A DNA stretch of 64,000 nt. Source: Callorhinchus milii (lineage: Eukaryota). Below, in pieces: positions 1-12,163 of the stretch (position 1 is its first letter; each line of letters begins with the position of its first letter). Below the pieces are notes generated by a model. It was not told the origin of the DNA and ran no database searches. It saw only the letters and a program-made list of their open reading frames with translations. Both the position numbers and the translations under genes were made by a program. The stretch is taken from the NCBI RefSeq assembly GCF_018977255.1, contig NW_024704750.1, forward strand, positions 14,074,001 through 14,138,000, given 5' to 3'.

Positions 1-439
1 GCGTCAGCCTAGACTATGAGCTCAAATCACATTACCTATTGCTGTATGCATGCTTTCTTCAGCCACTCCTGTTTCTCCCTGGAGGAGCTAACTGAACATT
101 GGGAGGCAGACCTCTCTATCATTAGTTAGCTATCTCACTCATATTGAGCAGGATAGGATTACACCAGCACGCAACTGCATTCAACCAAATATTCACTGCT
201 CGGTAGAAGCAATAGCACGAATGGAAGAACGATCCTGAAAGGTTAAGCTTTCTGGAGTGGGTGAACAAAGAGAGAGAAAGAGTCACTGATAAAAAGTGCC
301 TTGGGAATTCCTTCCGATGTGAAAAACGCTATATAATTGTCATTTGTTGTTGAGAGAGAAACACAGGGAGATAGAGATGGAGGCAGAAAGAAATAAAGAT
401 AGAGAAAGACACAGAGACAAAGAGGATTTTTTTTCATTT

Positions 440-543
440 CCCTACAAAATACGCAATCACTACACTTACTGTAGATGCTGTGAGGTGCTTTGAGACGTCC
501 TCTTGATGTGAAAGGCGCTGAATCAAATGTATGCATATTATTA
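440..543 (+). mobile_element. SINE 3' tail fragment (L2-derived tail shared by Deu-SINE and SINE2-1_CM-like families)
   Basis: ...ctgtgaggtgctttgagacgtcctcttgatgtgaaaggcgctgaatcaaatg...tatta matches the tails of full copies in this window (e.g. 4560-4670, 29230-29340). Confidence 0.75.
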
Positions 544-781
544 AGAATCAGATTCCAAAACGTACGAACATTGAAACATTTTATCTCAATATATTCCCCT
601 CAGGAATTTTGCAATGGTCAGGTTCAAATGCAGCGTTCTCTCTGAAAACTAAAGAAAAAGACCAGAAGGAAGTATAGCACAGGTAACCAGGCATCTGGTT
701 TGTGCTTAAACTGACTCTCAGTTGTGAAATCAAACCGACATTCACGTTACTGTACGGAACGTGTTTTCCATACAGATGACT

Positions 782-1040
782 AACAACAACAAGATTTCAT
801 TTATGGAGCGCCTTTCACATCGGGAGGACGTCCCAAGGCGCTGGACAGTTGGGTCAGGACCTGAGCAGGGGGAAAATGGTCAGGGTGAGGGGAGGGAAGG
901 GAGGGAGCAAGGAGGGAGTAGAGTCGAGAGGGGAGCTGAAAGCACGGTCAAAGAGAAAGGTCTTGAAACCGGCCTTGAAGAAGGAAAGGGAGGAAGCAAG
1001 GCGAAGGCACTGGGGGATGGAGTTCCAGAGCCAGAGCCAG
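782..1040 (-). mobile_element. L2 LINE 3' end fragment (type A tail)
   Basis: Minus strand reads LWNSIPQCLRLASSLSFFKAGFKTFLF (L2 ORF2 C-terminus LWNSLP...FK..LKT.LF), then a pyrimidine-rich UTR, gtccagcgccttgggacgtcctcccgatgtgaaaggcgc and (TTG)n. Confidence 0.85.
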
Positions 1041-1529
1041 ACTAAACTTAGCTGATTATGGAGAGATCTTATGCGAAATAGGGTGGTTAGAAGCTTTGAT
1101 CTCAGGCCAAGTGGATGATATTTCCTGCATGAGTACTTATCGAACCAAGTGGACCACATAGATCCACAGAGATTTGTTCCTAGATGATCGTTCAGGGCTC
1201 GCAGGCATCAAACCTGCTTCATTTAACAAAAGCATTAGGCGCCTCTTGAATGCTGCCTGCCCATGCTGGTCACAGTGTGTCAAGGAGGCTCAGAGCAAAT
1301 TTCTACTCAAGGTAGTGAAAGCTTATTTTAAAGAAAATATTAAGGATAATATTTACTGCCTCATTTCAAATTTCACCCATGTTAACGAAAATCGATGAGC
1401 AATGGACTCTGGTCTGAAAAGCGTTTATTGGGATTTAAATTGCGGTGTTTCAGGAGTCATTAATAACCATGACAAATGGCAAATGGAGACTCAATATTGG
1501 CATTTGGAATCGTGTCATCTACACAGTCA

Positions 1530-1684
1530 GAGTGACTTCATGGCTGTTTGTGGGACGTTGCTCAGCTCAAATTGGCTGTTGCATTCGCAAATATACAGTG
1601 GCTATGCTTCACAGTAAAACCTTTTGAAGTGCTTTGAGACATTCCCCTGACATGATAAGGCGCTGTAACAAATGCAAGCATTGT
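1530..1684 (+). mobile_element. Deu-SINE 3' half/tail fragment
   Basis: gctgtttgtgggacgttgct...aaattggctg...gtgctttgagacatt...gataaggcgctg...aaatgcaag, homologous to 29180-29340. Confidence 0.7.
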
Positions 1685-1812
1685 TAAAAGGATCATTATA
1701 ATAGGGTGCATCAGGTTACTGGAAGGTGGCGTTACCTGCAATACCAGAGTGGCTACTGATAAACTTGTTTGGGTGCAGTCTGTAATTTCCGATTTCTAAC
1801 TGAAAGCACTCT

Positions 1813-2164
1813 TAATAATAAGAATATAGCACCTTATCATGTCGTCGAGATGTCTCAAAGCTGTTCACAGAATATGCTGTAGAGTGAATTGACTGTATAT
1901 TTTGTTGGCGAAATACAGCAGCCAATTGCGCACAGCAGTGTCCCAAAAACGGTTGTGGACTAAGTGAACAAATTATTACTTATTATTATTAACCAGGGAA
2001 AACGCGCTGCTAATCGACTAACAACCATGTTCCTACTTACTGCTAGGCAAACAGAGGAACATGGAGTAAGGAAACTTGCCCAACATTTTGCCTTGCCCGG
2101 GAATTGAACCCAGGTCCTCTCGCTTGTGAGGCAAGTGCTCAAACCACTAAGATACAGGACTCTC
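1813..2164 (-). mobile_element. tRNA-derived SINE, long (CORE-like insert) form, SINE2-1_CM-like
   Basis: Reverse complement has the gagtcctgtatcttagtggtt...gggttcaattcc tRNA head, the cctctgtttgcctagcagtaagtaggaac insert and the L2-like tail. Confidence 0.85.
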
Positions 2165-2230
2165 ACAAAGTCCCAATGTGGGGCTTGAAACAACCTTCTG
2201 ACTTGGAGGTAAGAGCCAGGCTGACACACA
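2165..2230 (-). mobile_element. Deu-SINE tRNA-head fragment
   Basis: aagtcccaatgtggggcttgaa..caaccttctgact...gagccaggctgacac is the reverse complement of the head at 28900-28980. Confidence 0.65.
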
Positions 2231-2681
2231 AAGCTCAATGTGTTTTTGCTGTTTCTTTAGTATTGCAGCCTTTTATCTGGTTGTACAAGTTCCTACAGTG
2301 ATGGCAAATTGATAAGCTGGAACTGGTGTTCTGCTTCATGTGTGCTGGATTCTCAGTGTGGGTGAATTTGGTGCCTGAAGAAAGCAAGGGATTAGATAGG
2401 GAGCTTCCGTATTATCCTGACCAAGCAATTTTTCATGATCTTTTATCTAGAAAAATGATTAGGCAAATTGTCAGATTATTGCAAGCTGGAAGCCTTGAAT
2501 CTGCCAGCCCTTTCTGTTTGACAACTTATTTATAATTGATAAGAAACTGTCTCCTTAAAGGCAAGTGACCTCCTGCATTTCTGGTAACAGAGAGGTCCGA
2601 GCTTCACAATAGACTATTTTCATTCTGATAAGAAATTGTTTTTTGGTTAACGATGAGAGATAGTTTTGCAAGCAGTTGAAT

Positions 2682-2798
2682 TTTTCACCCACAAAATACA
2701 GTCAGTCCACTTTACAGTATATCTTGTGAAGTGCTTTGAGACGTCGTCATGACATGATAAGGCGCTATATCAAATGCAAGGATTATTATTTTTATTAT
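2682..2798 (+). mobile_element. SINE 3' tail fragment
   Basis: cacccacaaaatacagtcagtccactttacagt...gacatgataaggcgctatatcaaatgcaaggattatt. Confidence 0.8.
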
Positions 2799-2929
2799 TC
2801 TCAAAAGAAAGGTCCTTGCTTTGCGCCAATGACCTACATTAAAATGTGGCATCAAAGTGGCAATGTTGTGAAAGTTCAACTGCGTCTCTTTGTGTACAAA
2901 GGAAGCTTTTGTTTGTGTTTACAGAGCTT

Positions 2930-3250
2930 CTGCATTGTCGGAGGTGCCGTCCCTCGGGTGGGGCGTTAAACTGAGGTCCTGTTTTCCTGCTCAGGTTACA
3001 TTAAAGATCCCATAGCAATACTTGAAAAGAGAAGGGAGTTTCTCCCGGTATCCTGACCAACAATCCCCCAGGTAAAAATTGGTCATTCACTTTATGGATG
3101 TTTGGGGGATTGACATTGCTGTGTGCAAATTGGCTGCCACGTTTGCTGACAAAATACACAATCATAACACTCTACAGTAAATCCTGTGAAGCGCTTTGAG
3201 ACATCTCACTGACATGATAAAGCACGATATCAAATCAAGGATTATTATAT
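2930..3250 (+). mobile_element. Deu-domain SINE (SacSINE1/AmnSINE1-like), 5'-truncated
   Basis: tgcattgtcggaggtgccgtc...gttaaactgaggtcctg...aaagatcccatagca...gggagtttctcccggt is the Deu domain, followed by the L2-like tail. Confidence 0.85.
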
Positions 3251-4120
3251 TATAGTTCTTGCTCCAACATCAAGGGACATGCATATCTGAAATACTTTCC
3301 TCGTCCCTGCCTGCGACTGATCACTACATGACATAAACTATATCAATATGCAGATGATTATTTTAAATAGCATTAATTCAGGATTATTGCATGTAGGGTA
3401 GCTGTACCACTAATTTTCTTAGCGTGCTAATTCTGAAAACTAATGATATTAAAATAAAAGTATAATAATGTACCTGTCCTTCCTCTACTGCTACAGGAGC
3501 ATAAATTATTCCAGTAGCTGCAATATTCATTACTGAGTTGGCTTTGCTATTCAAATGACTGCTTACTGCAATTGAATTACCATTATAACAGGTGAGTTGT
3601 CCGTATTAAACATGGTTTAAATAACGTTGCTAAGTGTAAGGTTAAAACAAAAGTCAGGTGAGATCTGCGGGCATGAATCTCCAGCCCTTGTGGAATAATG
3701 TATCTTTATGAATTTTCTGCAGACTCATTTTGAACTCTGCGACTGCTAAGATTTCAAGTGAAAGTGAGCAGGTTTATTTGATTCTGGTCATGTGCCTGGT
3801 TCTGATCTCCATTACTCTTTACATTGCCCATGCAAGCAGATGCCAGCCTCCGCTCTTATTGTCATATTGTCAAATCATTTCTTTCCCATTACAACAAAGG
3901 CCATTTGCTCCACATAATGTTGTGACACGATAGGAAAACAATGGCTAATGTTATTGTGATATGTATGTTGTCAGTTTATAAACACACATTAAAGGCAATG
4001 TATCCAGATTATCTTATGCTGTACATATCCTGGGATACTGGACTAATTTATTAAACAGCTCGATGATGTACTGGGAGGACATTAGGATGGTTATTTTGGA
4101 TGGATAATATCAGATGGGAA

Positions 4121-4688
4121 AAATCTCTTCTCTTTTCGAGTTGTACCGTAGGATCTTTAACATCTACCTGAACAGGTAGGCGGGACCTCCCTTTAATGTC
4201 TCATTCAAAGTATGGCTCCTCCAACAACAAAGTGCTCCCTCAGCACCTTACTGGAGTGTCAACCTGGACTGGGTAAGGTCAGAGTCCTGACGAGGGGCTA
4301 GCACCCCAACATTCTGACTCAAAGGCACGAGTGCTACCAACCGTGGAGTCCTGTAGCTTAGTGGTTAGAGCACTCGCTTTGCAAGCGAGAGACCTGAGTT
4401 CAATTCCAGGCAGGGCGAAACCTTGGGCAAGTTTCCTTACTCCACACGCCTTATAATAATCCCTCCAAAACCAAAAACAATAATAAATTGGTCATTTTCA
4501 ATCTACGACTGTTTGTGGGACATTGCTGTGCGCAATTGGCTGCCGCGTTCGCCCACAAATATACAGTCAATTCACTTTACAGTGTGTTCTGTGAAGCGCT
4601 TTGGGACGTCCTCCCAACGTGAAAAGCGCTATATCAAATGCAAGGATTATTATTATTATTATTATTATTAACTGAGCCAGGTTGACAG
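4121..4688 (-). mobile_element. Deu-domain SINE split by a younger SINE (segments 4121-4341 and 4671-4688)
   Basis: The minus-strand Deu domain runs to gagtgctaccaac (4341) and resumes as actgagccaggttgacag at 4671. Confidence 0.8.
4343..4670 (+). mobile_element. Full-length young tRNA-Ala-derived SINE, short form (SINE2-1_CM-like)
   Basis: A box tagcttagtgg, B box gagttcaattcc, anticodon arm ctcgc-tttgcaa-gcgag, L2-like stem-loop tail and (TTA)n; near-identical to 17169-17494 and 18483-18805. Confidence 0.93.
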
Positions 4689-5689
4689 CTGTGACAAGTG
4701 TCACAATTCAGATCCTTCTGTAGTTTATAGGTCTGACCTTCACAAGCTTCATACGCCACTTGTTATGCTGGCAAAAGGAAGGAAGGAAGGCAAACAGGAA
4801 GGAAAATCACTTGATGGGGACTAACTCTCAGCTTGGTTCTGGCCTGTTCTGCTAAAGGAATATTTTAGCTCCAGGGAACCTTTCACGCACGACAGAAATA
4901 GAGGAAAGGAAATAGAAGTGAAAAAACAGATAGTTTGGCAGCTCCATAAGTGAAGAACTGATGTACTATAAAATCTAGTGCAGAAAGAAAGAATAATTGC
5001 GTTTTTTTTCTGGCAGCTTATCATTGCTCAAACCCCATTCACTTTACAATTTACTTTACATCAAGTATTGTCAATTTTAAATAAATTTAGTACGTCCAAT
5101 TAATTCTGGGGAGGCCAGAACCAATTTAATGGTACCACTGATAATGCAGTGCTCCCCCGTTCCTGGACTGGAGTGTCAGCCTACACTATGATCCAAATCC
5201 CAATGTGGGGCTTGAATGATTTCTCTCTTGCTTCACAAGCACACCCCAAGACCACGGGTGCAATCTTTTAATTTTATGTCAATGGAAACCTGACAGCACA
5301 TTTTACAATACTTTACTTTTGTCATCTGTTTTTCAGAGCAGAGACACAAAGCAAAGCAATAAAATCAACATTCTCAGGAGATTTGACATGCCCTAAATTC
5401 TTCAACAGAAAGTATGAGAATTGGTTTTAAGAAGCTAAAGCTGCATGGAAGGATCCAAATTGATGTATAATTGTCAGGTTTGAAGAGTTACAGGACTGGA
5501 ACACTGAAAATCTTTAGTGAAACCATGACGTGCAATGTCATTGCCTTCGTTCTAAATCTAGAACAAATGGCTTGGCAAATGAATTAAATTTTCTTTGGTA
5601 TTACAATGTTCGGAGTTAAGAAGATAAGAAAACTGTTGTTTGGACCATTTGATGAGGCGTTTGTTTCTAAAAGTTCATCTCCTTTAACC

Positions 5690-5912
5690 CTCTTTGTCCA
5701 TCTTCAGATTCTCACCTCAAGACTTTCCTCTTCAATCTTACCTAGAATAACAACAACTTGCATTTACATAACACCTTCACATGGGATAACATCTCGAAGC
5801 AACCTTGATTACTTCCTCAGCTCAGCGTCAAGCTATGCCATTGTTAAGTGCTTCGGGACACTATCCCGAGTGAAGGGCAATATATAAATGTAAGTTGATG
5901 TTGATGTTGTTG
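5690..5912. mobile_element. L2 3' end (+) with an inserted L2 tail in the opposite orientation (about 5748-5803)
   Basis: ctcacctcaagactttcctcttc...gccattgttaagtgcttcggg...aaatgtaagttg is interrupted by caacaacttgcatttacata...cgaagca. Confidence 0.7.
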
Positions 5913-6656
5913 AGGCCTGAGTCCCTAGAATTTGATCATGTGGTGGAGGGGAAGTAAGAGGTGGAGATTCGCATTTAAAAGGACAATCACTACACTTTAC
6001 AGTAAATCTCGTGTAGCGCTTTGGAGACCTCTTTTGATGTGAAAGTTGCAATATTAAAACACAAGAATGATTTTTCTTATTATTTTGTGCCTGCCCTATT
6101 GATAATGGTACAGTTCAGGAGTAGGTCATACAGGGAGATTAAACAAGAAGATGGAAAAACAGGGGTAGTGATGCTGTGTAGCTCTACACATCCACTTCGA
6201 TGCAGACAGCTTGGGTTTCTGACACAGGAAACGTTCACAATGTAGTGTGAAACTTGGAGCACGTGACCAAGGAAGCACAGAACAATGATGAGCGAGTGCA
6301 ACATTCCCAAGCGGGTTTGGTTGGAAGAGTGATTTTATGCATTACAGAGGGTTAAGGGATTAGACAAAACATATTGAAGATAACTGGAAAATATATTTGT
6401 GTTATGCACTGAGTGAAAAGTGGCACTCTGTAAAAATTACTGTATGAAATGTGTCTGGCACATGTACAATCATATTTCTGAGAGAAGAAATATTGTTGTA
6501 TTAGTGATACTGGTGGTGTTATTGACTTGTCCATACTGGAGCTGGGACTCTTCTAATGGCTTGTTTGGCAAGTACTTAAATGGTATATGTTTCTGTTGTC
6601 AATTTAGAATTCCCAAATGGCTCCTTCTGCTCTGAAAGTGTCCCTTTTTGTATGTA

Positions 6657-6682
6657 TTGTGTGTGTGTGTGTGTGTGTGTGT
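6657..6682. repeat. (GT)n microsatellite
   Basis: About 12 perfect GT units. Confidence 0.95.
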
Positions 6683-7069
6683 ACGATATGCAGCACTGAA
6701 GTGCTGTTGCGCAACAGATTACTACATTTACGAGTAAACCATGCCTTGTGTTTGCAATTACTTCACAGTTCATACCATGTACTTCATTAAAGCTATTTGA
6801 AATCTATTCCCCTCTGTGCCAAATTGAACGCCAGGTTTCTCTGATGTTTGCTTGCTTGCCCTCTTGACAAGCATATCCCATTGTTCTGTGAGCTTATTCC
6901 TAAAATCTGACTCCTAAATTATATAAGTGCTTTTAGCAATAGATTAAGAAAATTGCTGCGAATGTGCCCTTTACATGATGTCCAAATTTCACATTACTTG
7001 GGTGGTTTGGCCCATCACCACATTGAGTATGATAGTTGACTGTTTAATGTACTCGAAATATACAATACC

Positions 7070-7290
7070 AATTACAATCATACAGCGCCTTTCATATTGA
7101 GGAGAACGTTTCAAATTGCACCCTGGGCACACTGGAACCTGAAGGGGGTGAGGAGGGGAAAGATGACAGAATGTGGGGTCAAAGTCTTGAGGTGACTTTT
7201 AAATTGGGTAGAGGCGGTGGGTGGAGAAGAAAGTCGAAAGGACTCCAGGAAGAAATTTCTGAGAGCTGGGCAGAATGACTGAAAGCTAAA
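7070..7290 (-). mobile_element. Diverged L2 3' end
   Basis: tacagcgcctttcat...gggtcaaagtcttgaggtgact...agaaatttctgagagctggg...gactgaaagc resembles the minus-strand L2 ends at 782 and 12164. Confidence 0.55.
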
Positions 7291-7583
7291 TTATGCCTGC
7301 TTTTGTACAATGCTTTGATCATATTGTGTATTGGTGACTATATACTGTCAGGTAATCTAGGCTGACATTCCAAGGCAGTGCTGGGGGTGCACTGCAATAG
7401 CACAGCATGTTTAAACTCCTCTCTGAGCACACAAAAAAAGAAACATTTGAAGATAAGCATGGAACATCAAAAGACACTTTCGGTTTACTAATCCAGTTGA
7501 GTGACTCTGGAAAAGAAACATAGGCAAAGGAAACCCACATCAGTCAATATATTAGATTTTTCCTTCAACAGAACAAACACAAA

Positions 7584-7970
7584 TATAATAATCCTAACAT
7601 TTGGCACAGCACTATCTCAAAGTGCTTCACAGGTAAAGCGTAGTGACTGTGTTTTGCGACCAATGCTGCTGCCCCACTTGTGGCACAGGAATATCTCACA
7701 AAATACATGGTTTTTGGCCAGGACACTAGAATAAACTCCCTTCCCTTTTTGATTAGTACCGTGTGATCTTTACCGTTCACATGAACAAGCACAGATGGGG
7801 CCTCGGTTTAACATTTCAACAGAAGGACGGCTACTCCAGCAATATATCACTCCCCACATCACTGAGTTGGAGTGTCAGCGTACACTGTATGAGTTCCAAG
7901 TTTTGATGTAGGGCTTCAACCCACAGCCTTCTGACTCAGAGGATGCTATTTACTGAGCCCGACTGACACA
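7584..7970 (-). mobile_element. Near full-length Deu-domain SINE
   Basis: Tail, Deu domain (ggccaggacac...gatcttt...gggcctcggtttaac) and tRNA head (cccacagccttctgactcagag...ctgagcccgactgacac) are all present. Confidence 0.85.
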
Positions 7971-8645
7971 GATATCAACAATCAAATGGAGAAACTGCAT
8001 GTGAGTGTGAAAAGCACATTTTACCGCAGTATTACTGAGGGATGGCAGCTCCAGTCTGCTGCCCCAGTCCTTCAGTTTTTCTCGTCCTGCTGTAAAGGTC
8101 AAAGGCATTCAATGCTGGCGAACATGTAAGCCTTTTGAGCCCTGCTGTTTCTCCTCAGATTTAAAATCTTGTCAATCCCAATCGCATGCTAAACCCAGCA
8201 TTTTATTACGGTCCTAGCCGGAAGGTTTGTCAGGAGTTCACTGCAGCAGTTTATATCGCACAACAGCAGAGCTGCACGAAGCCCAGGCCAAAGTGACAGC
8301 TGTAAAGGCTGTTGGTGTTGACAAGGCAACATGGACAAAGGCCACGACAACAGGATCCTGCAGAGCAAAGTTAACATCCTCCCATCATCACATCACAAGA
8401 GCTGTATAGAAAACACTTGGCCGAGGAATTTACGCTTCTAAGAGTGTGACAACTCCAAACCTCTGAAGTTCCTGTTTATTTAACAAGCTGTAGACCGTCC
8501 AGAACTCCGCAGCTGTGACCCCTCCAGTGCCAGGATCCTTAAGTCCGTAACTCCCCCACCCTCCCTCCATTCTTGCTTGGCTCCATGAGCTTCCCCACCC
8601 ACTCAGTGGCTCGAATTAAAGATCCTCGAATTAAAGATCCTTACG

Positions 8646-8916
8646 TACTCCACATGCCTCTGTTTACCTAGCGGTAAGTTGGAACCTGGTTGTTAATCGA
8701 TTTACGGATCGCTTTCCAGGGATAATAATCCCTCTCTCCTCCCAGCCCCCCCACCCCTCCCACCCAAAAAATGTGATTACTCAATGTGCACAATTGGATG
8801 CTATGCTTTGCCCACAAAATGCACAGTCCATTTACTTTACAATATATTGTAAAGCGCTTTGACAAGGTCTCAACAACCTGATGAGGCGCTATATCAAATG
8901 CAAGGATTATTATTAT
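8646..8916 (+). mobile_element. tRNA-SINE long form lacking its head, joined to a short L2 fragment (about 8550-8640)
   Basis: tactccacatgcctctgtttacctagcggtaag...ggttgttaatcga...aaatgcaaggattattatt. Confidence 0.8.
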
Positions 8917-11239
8917 AACATCTGCCTTTGTTCAGAACTGCCCTCAGTGTTACCAGGTACCAAAAACTAACCGTAGTATCATCTATTAAGAAGAGCAAGA
9001 TAAAGACTGCTTAAATCTGTTAGAATCCGGTTAAAGGACAGCAAAGGCTTCTGCAGTATTACAGAGAGAAGGGGCCCAGAGAATGAGCTACTAACAGCAG
9101 GGTACACTGGAGAGATTGAGTTTAACAATGTCGAAATAGCACCAAGAGGAATCTGCGAATCAGGAACACTTTGCAGCTAATTTAACGTTGCTATTTTTGC
9201 TAAGGTCGTGGTCAATATAATTTCATTTCGTTCAGGCAGATCTCAAATGTCTCTCATCAGATGAAGGGAGTAATTGAAGCACAGTATTTCCTGGCAGATC
9301 ATTCCTCAGCCACTGGCAGCAGATCAGGCACTGTGACCTTGGAGCCCAGTGCCAGAGAGTCACACAGCCCTCTGTTCTTTAAAAGATCACTTGAAGGAGA
9401 TCCTTCGGCCCATCCCATCTTTTCAGAACACCCACCTTTAGTGTCCTATCATCTAAGGCATTTTTTAAGAAATTATCTCTGGTGGGGACTGAACTCACCT
9501 TTATCCCACATCCAGAAATGCTTAAAAGTAGATTGCTGGAGATGAAGCAATGCTTTGTGTATTTGTTGGCAACCTTAGAATGATTAACATATGAAAACAC
9601 GAATCTAATAAGTAATAATCATACAATGTCTTTAATTATCTAATAATATTCTGCAAAATGTTCCTAAGATTCTGTCAAAGCTGGCTAAATGGTGACCGCT
9701 TGACAACTGCCCACAAAATTACTGCAGGGGAATTTCTCGGGGCTGGTGGGGATGTTAAAATGCCCTGCTTTTATCACAGCATCAAGCTGCTTTTTAATTG
9801 ACTCCAGTGTCCTGGCCTCGACCACACTCTCTTTTCTATATCACTCAACTAGCTCATTACATGCTTCATATGGGTGAAGTATACTTTATCCCACTACAAC
9901 CTGCTTTTGTCAGCTAAAGCTTTGGGAGTTTCAGTAAAACAGATTCCTAGCACAGTCAGAATATTCACACGATACTGCTGCACATCAGTGTTTCCTTTGT
10001 TGAAGTGAGCTGCACTTCAGCTAAAAAAACAATGTTCTTTTTTTTAATATTGAAACCCATCAGCTGGCATACATGTTAGTAGAGTCATTGTTGTAGTAAT
10101 AAAGCAATTCTTTATTATAAAACTGTTGGATGCTTTCATTACTGTAATCTTAACGGTTATTTCAATGTCACTTTCATAAGCTGAAAATTAATAAATGCTT
10201 TGACAAACGAGGTAAGCATTTGCTTAACTTCCAGCATTCCAGGGGTAAATTTCAGGGAAGAAATACAAGGACACTGCCCATTCACATTCTTTTTGAAAGC
10301 AAACGTGTGTATGCATTGAAAGCAAAATTCTCTCACCCTTTCTGCATTTGTACATTTGCATCTAACAAGAATACAAGTAATTGTTCATGGCGAGAGCATC
10401 TAGTCAGAACAGAATGCTCAAGATTGAATCAAAGACATCGCCACAGTTTGCTTACAGGTAAAAGCCAGAGTGATGGTGGAAATCACAGCCCCACCCGGAC
10501 CGAGTGAGCATGTTGGCTCATCTCTGGAGTGTTCCAGTGGGTAATTTGTCCTTTCAGTTCAGTGATTGCACCCGACAATTTGGAATGACGTCTTGGCAGG
10601 TAAAGGATGATTGCTACTGGGCCGTTGAATGATATCAACTCCAAATGAGAGAGGTGATAGACTGCGGGGATTGAATTTTATTGACTTGGAACACTTTCAG
10701 TACAAGTTTCGTTTGCATCCTTCAAAAAATAGGGAGAAAAGTACAAAATTGTATGTTACATTTTTGTGCAGATGTAGACAGGAATTGCTTGAAATAAAGA
10801 TGGACCCGTTACAAATTTAATCCCAGTGAGCGAAAGGCTTTGAGGAATTTGGTCTCTCTGTACAAGACGAAAGTCACATTTTCACGTAGGCCAGCTAGGG
10901 TGTGCTCTAACATCCCTGGTTCAGCAAGTAAAGCTTTAATGAATTAGTGACAAAGCGAATCACTGGACTGTTAACTTGCCTTGACAACAGAAACCAGACA
11001 GTGGTGCTAAAAGGAAAGGGCTATATCTTCTGGAATATGCATTGTTGAAGGGGAGTGAGAAAGTAAACTCAGAGCAATACTTTCAAATGCACCGAGACAG
11101 CAGAACAAGTGGACTTGTTGGTGGTGATGGTGGTTGGTGGTGATGGTGATGGTTACAAAGGAAAAATTCAGCACAGATACCAGTAAGCATGAGATCAAAT
11201 GGGACGAAGGGCTTTCTTCATCTAAACCTTGCTTACGAT

Positions 11240-11530
11240 GACAACAAAGACTTACATTTATACAGAGCCCTTCACACAGGATAGCGTCTCGGAGCACTGT
11301 ACATTGCTGGGTTAGACTCTGAGCAAGGGAGGGAGAGGTGACTTTGGGAGGGAGAGATGATCATAGGTGTGGCCGAAGAGGTAAGTCTTAAACTTACCTC
11401 AAGATAAAGGAAACAAGGAGGAGATATTGAGACTGGGAGTTGGTTGCAGAGGTTAGGGGCTTAGTTGCTGAAAGCATGGCTGTCAATGGAGCTGTGGAGG
11501 GGCAGGGGATGCACAGGAGGCCTCTGCCAG
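11240..11530 (-). mobile_element. L2 3' end (type B tail)
   Basis: acatttatacagagcccttcacacaggatagcgtctcggagcact tail; translated ...TAPLTAMLSATKPLTS... resembles the L2 C-terminus. Confidence 0.7.
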
Positions 11531-12163
11531 TGGAGTGAAAAAAAATCTGACCACCAGACCCAAAGACCAAATATGAAAGGACTTTGTGGAAAGATTTCGA
11601 AGGATGAAGGGAGTCCAATCAATGCAAAGTCAAATTAGTGATCTTCATTAGCTAGAGAATATACCATCGGGACTGGGTTGTAAATATGATGGAAATTATA
11701 TATTACACCTGTAACGTGCCAGCCAATATTTGCAGTGAGAACATAGGATTTGAAGTCAACTATCAGAAGAATGGGTAGTTTAAGAGCAAGTGGCTGAATT
11801 CTGTGGTCGGTATTTGACAGACCAGTGAAATCAAAAACCATCAGCAGATGCTGACTGGTAAATTGTTGCCTAGAAGGAACTAATTTCGGATAATTTCAGG
11901 CTAAAGAACTTCAAAGGTGCTTAAGTCTTGCCTGCAACGAGTTGCCAATGTAAACTTTGTGTGTAGTCTACCCCCATCTGTGGCACAGACCTGCCATAGC
12001 ATATAATAATCAGGGATTGGAAACAACCTTATTCACGGCCTACTCTGTTAGGAATGATTCACAGATAGTTGGTTCATTATGATTGTCGGAAGCTACAACT
12101 CCACAAAGAGATGACAGGTTGCATTAAAGTCTCACAAGTTGGTAAAATGTGATGTAAATTGAT

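Noticed and set aside
4345-4416. tRNA-Ala(TGC)-like sequence (also at 17171, 18730-18804 and 25404)
   Set aside because: The acceptor stem does not pair and each copy continues into a SINE body and tail; these are SINE heads, not tRNA genes.
4423-4671. Recurrent ORF ...WDIAVRNWLPRSPTNIQSIHFTV... (also 17345 and 18423)
   Set aside because: Chance open frame in the SINE consensus; it recurs only because the SINE recurs.
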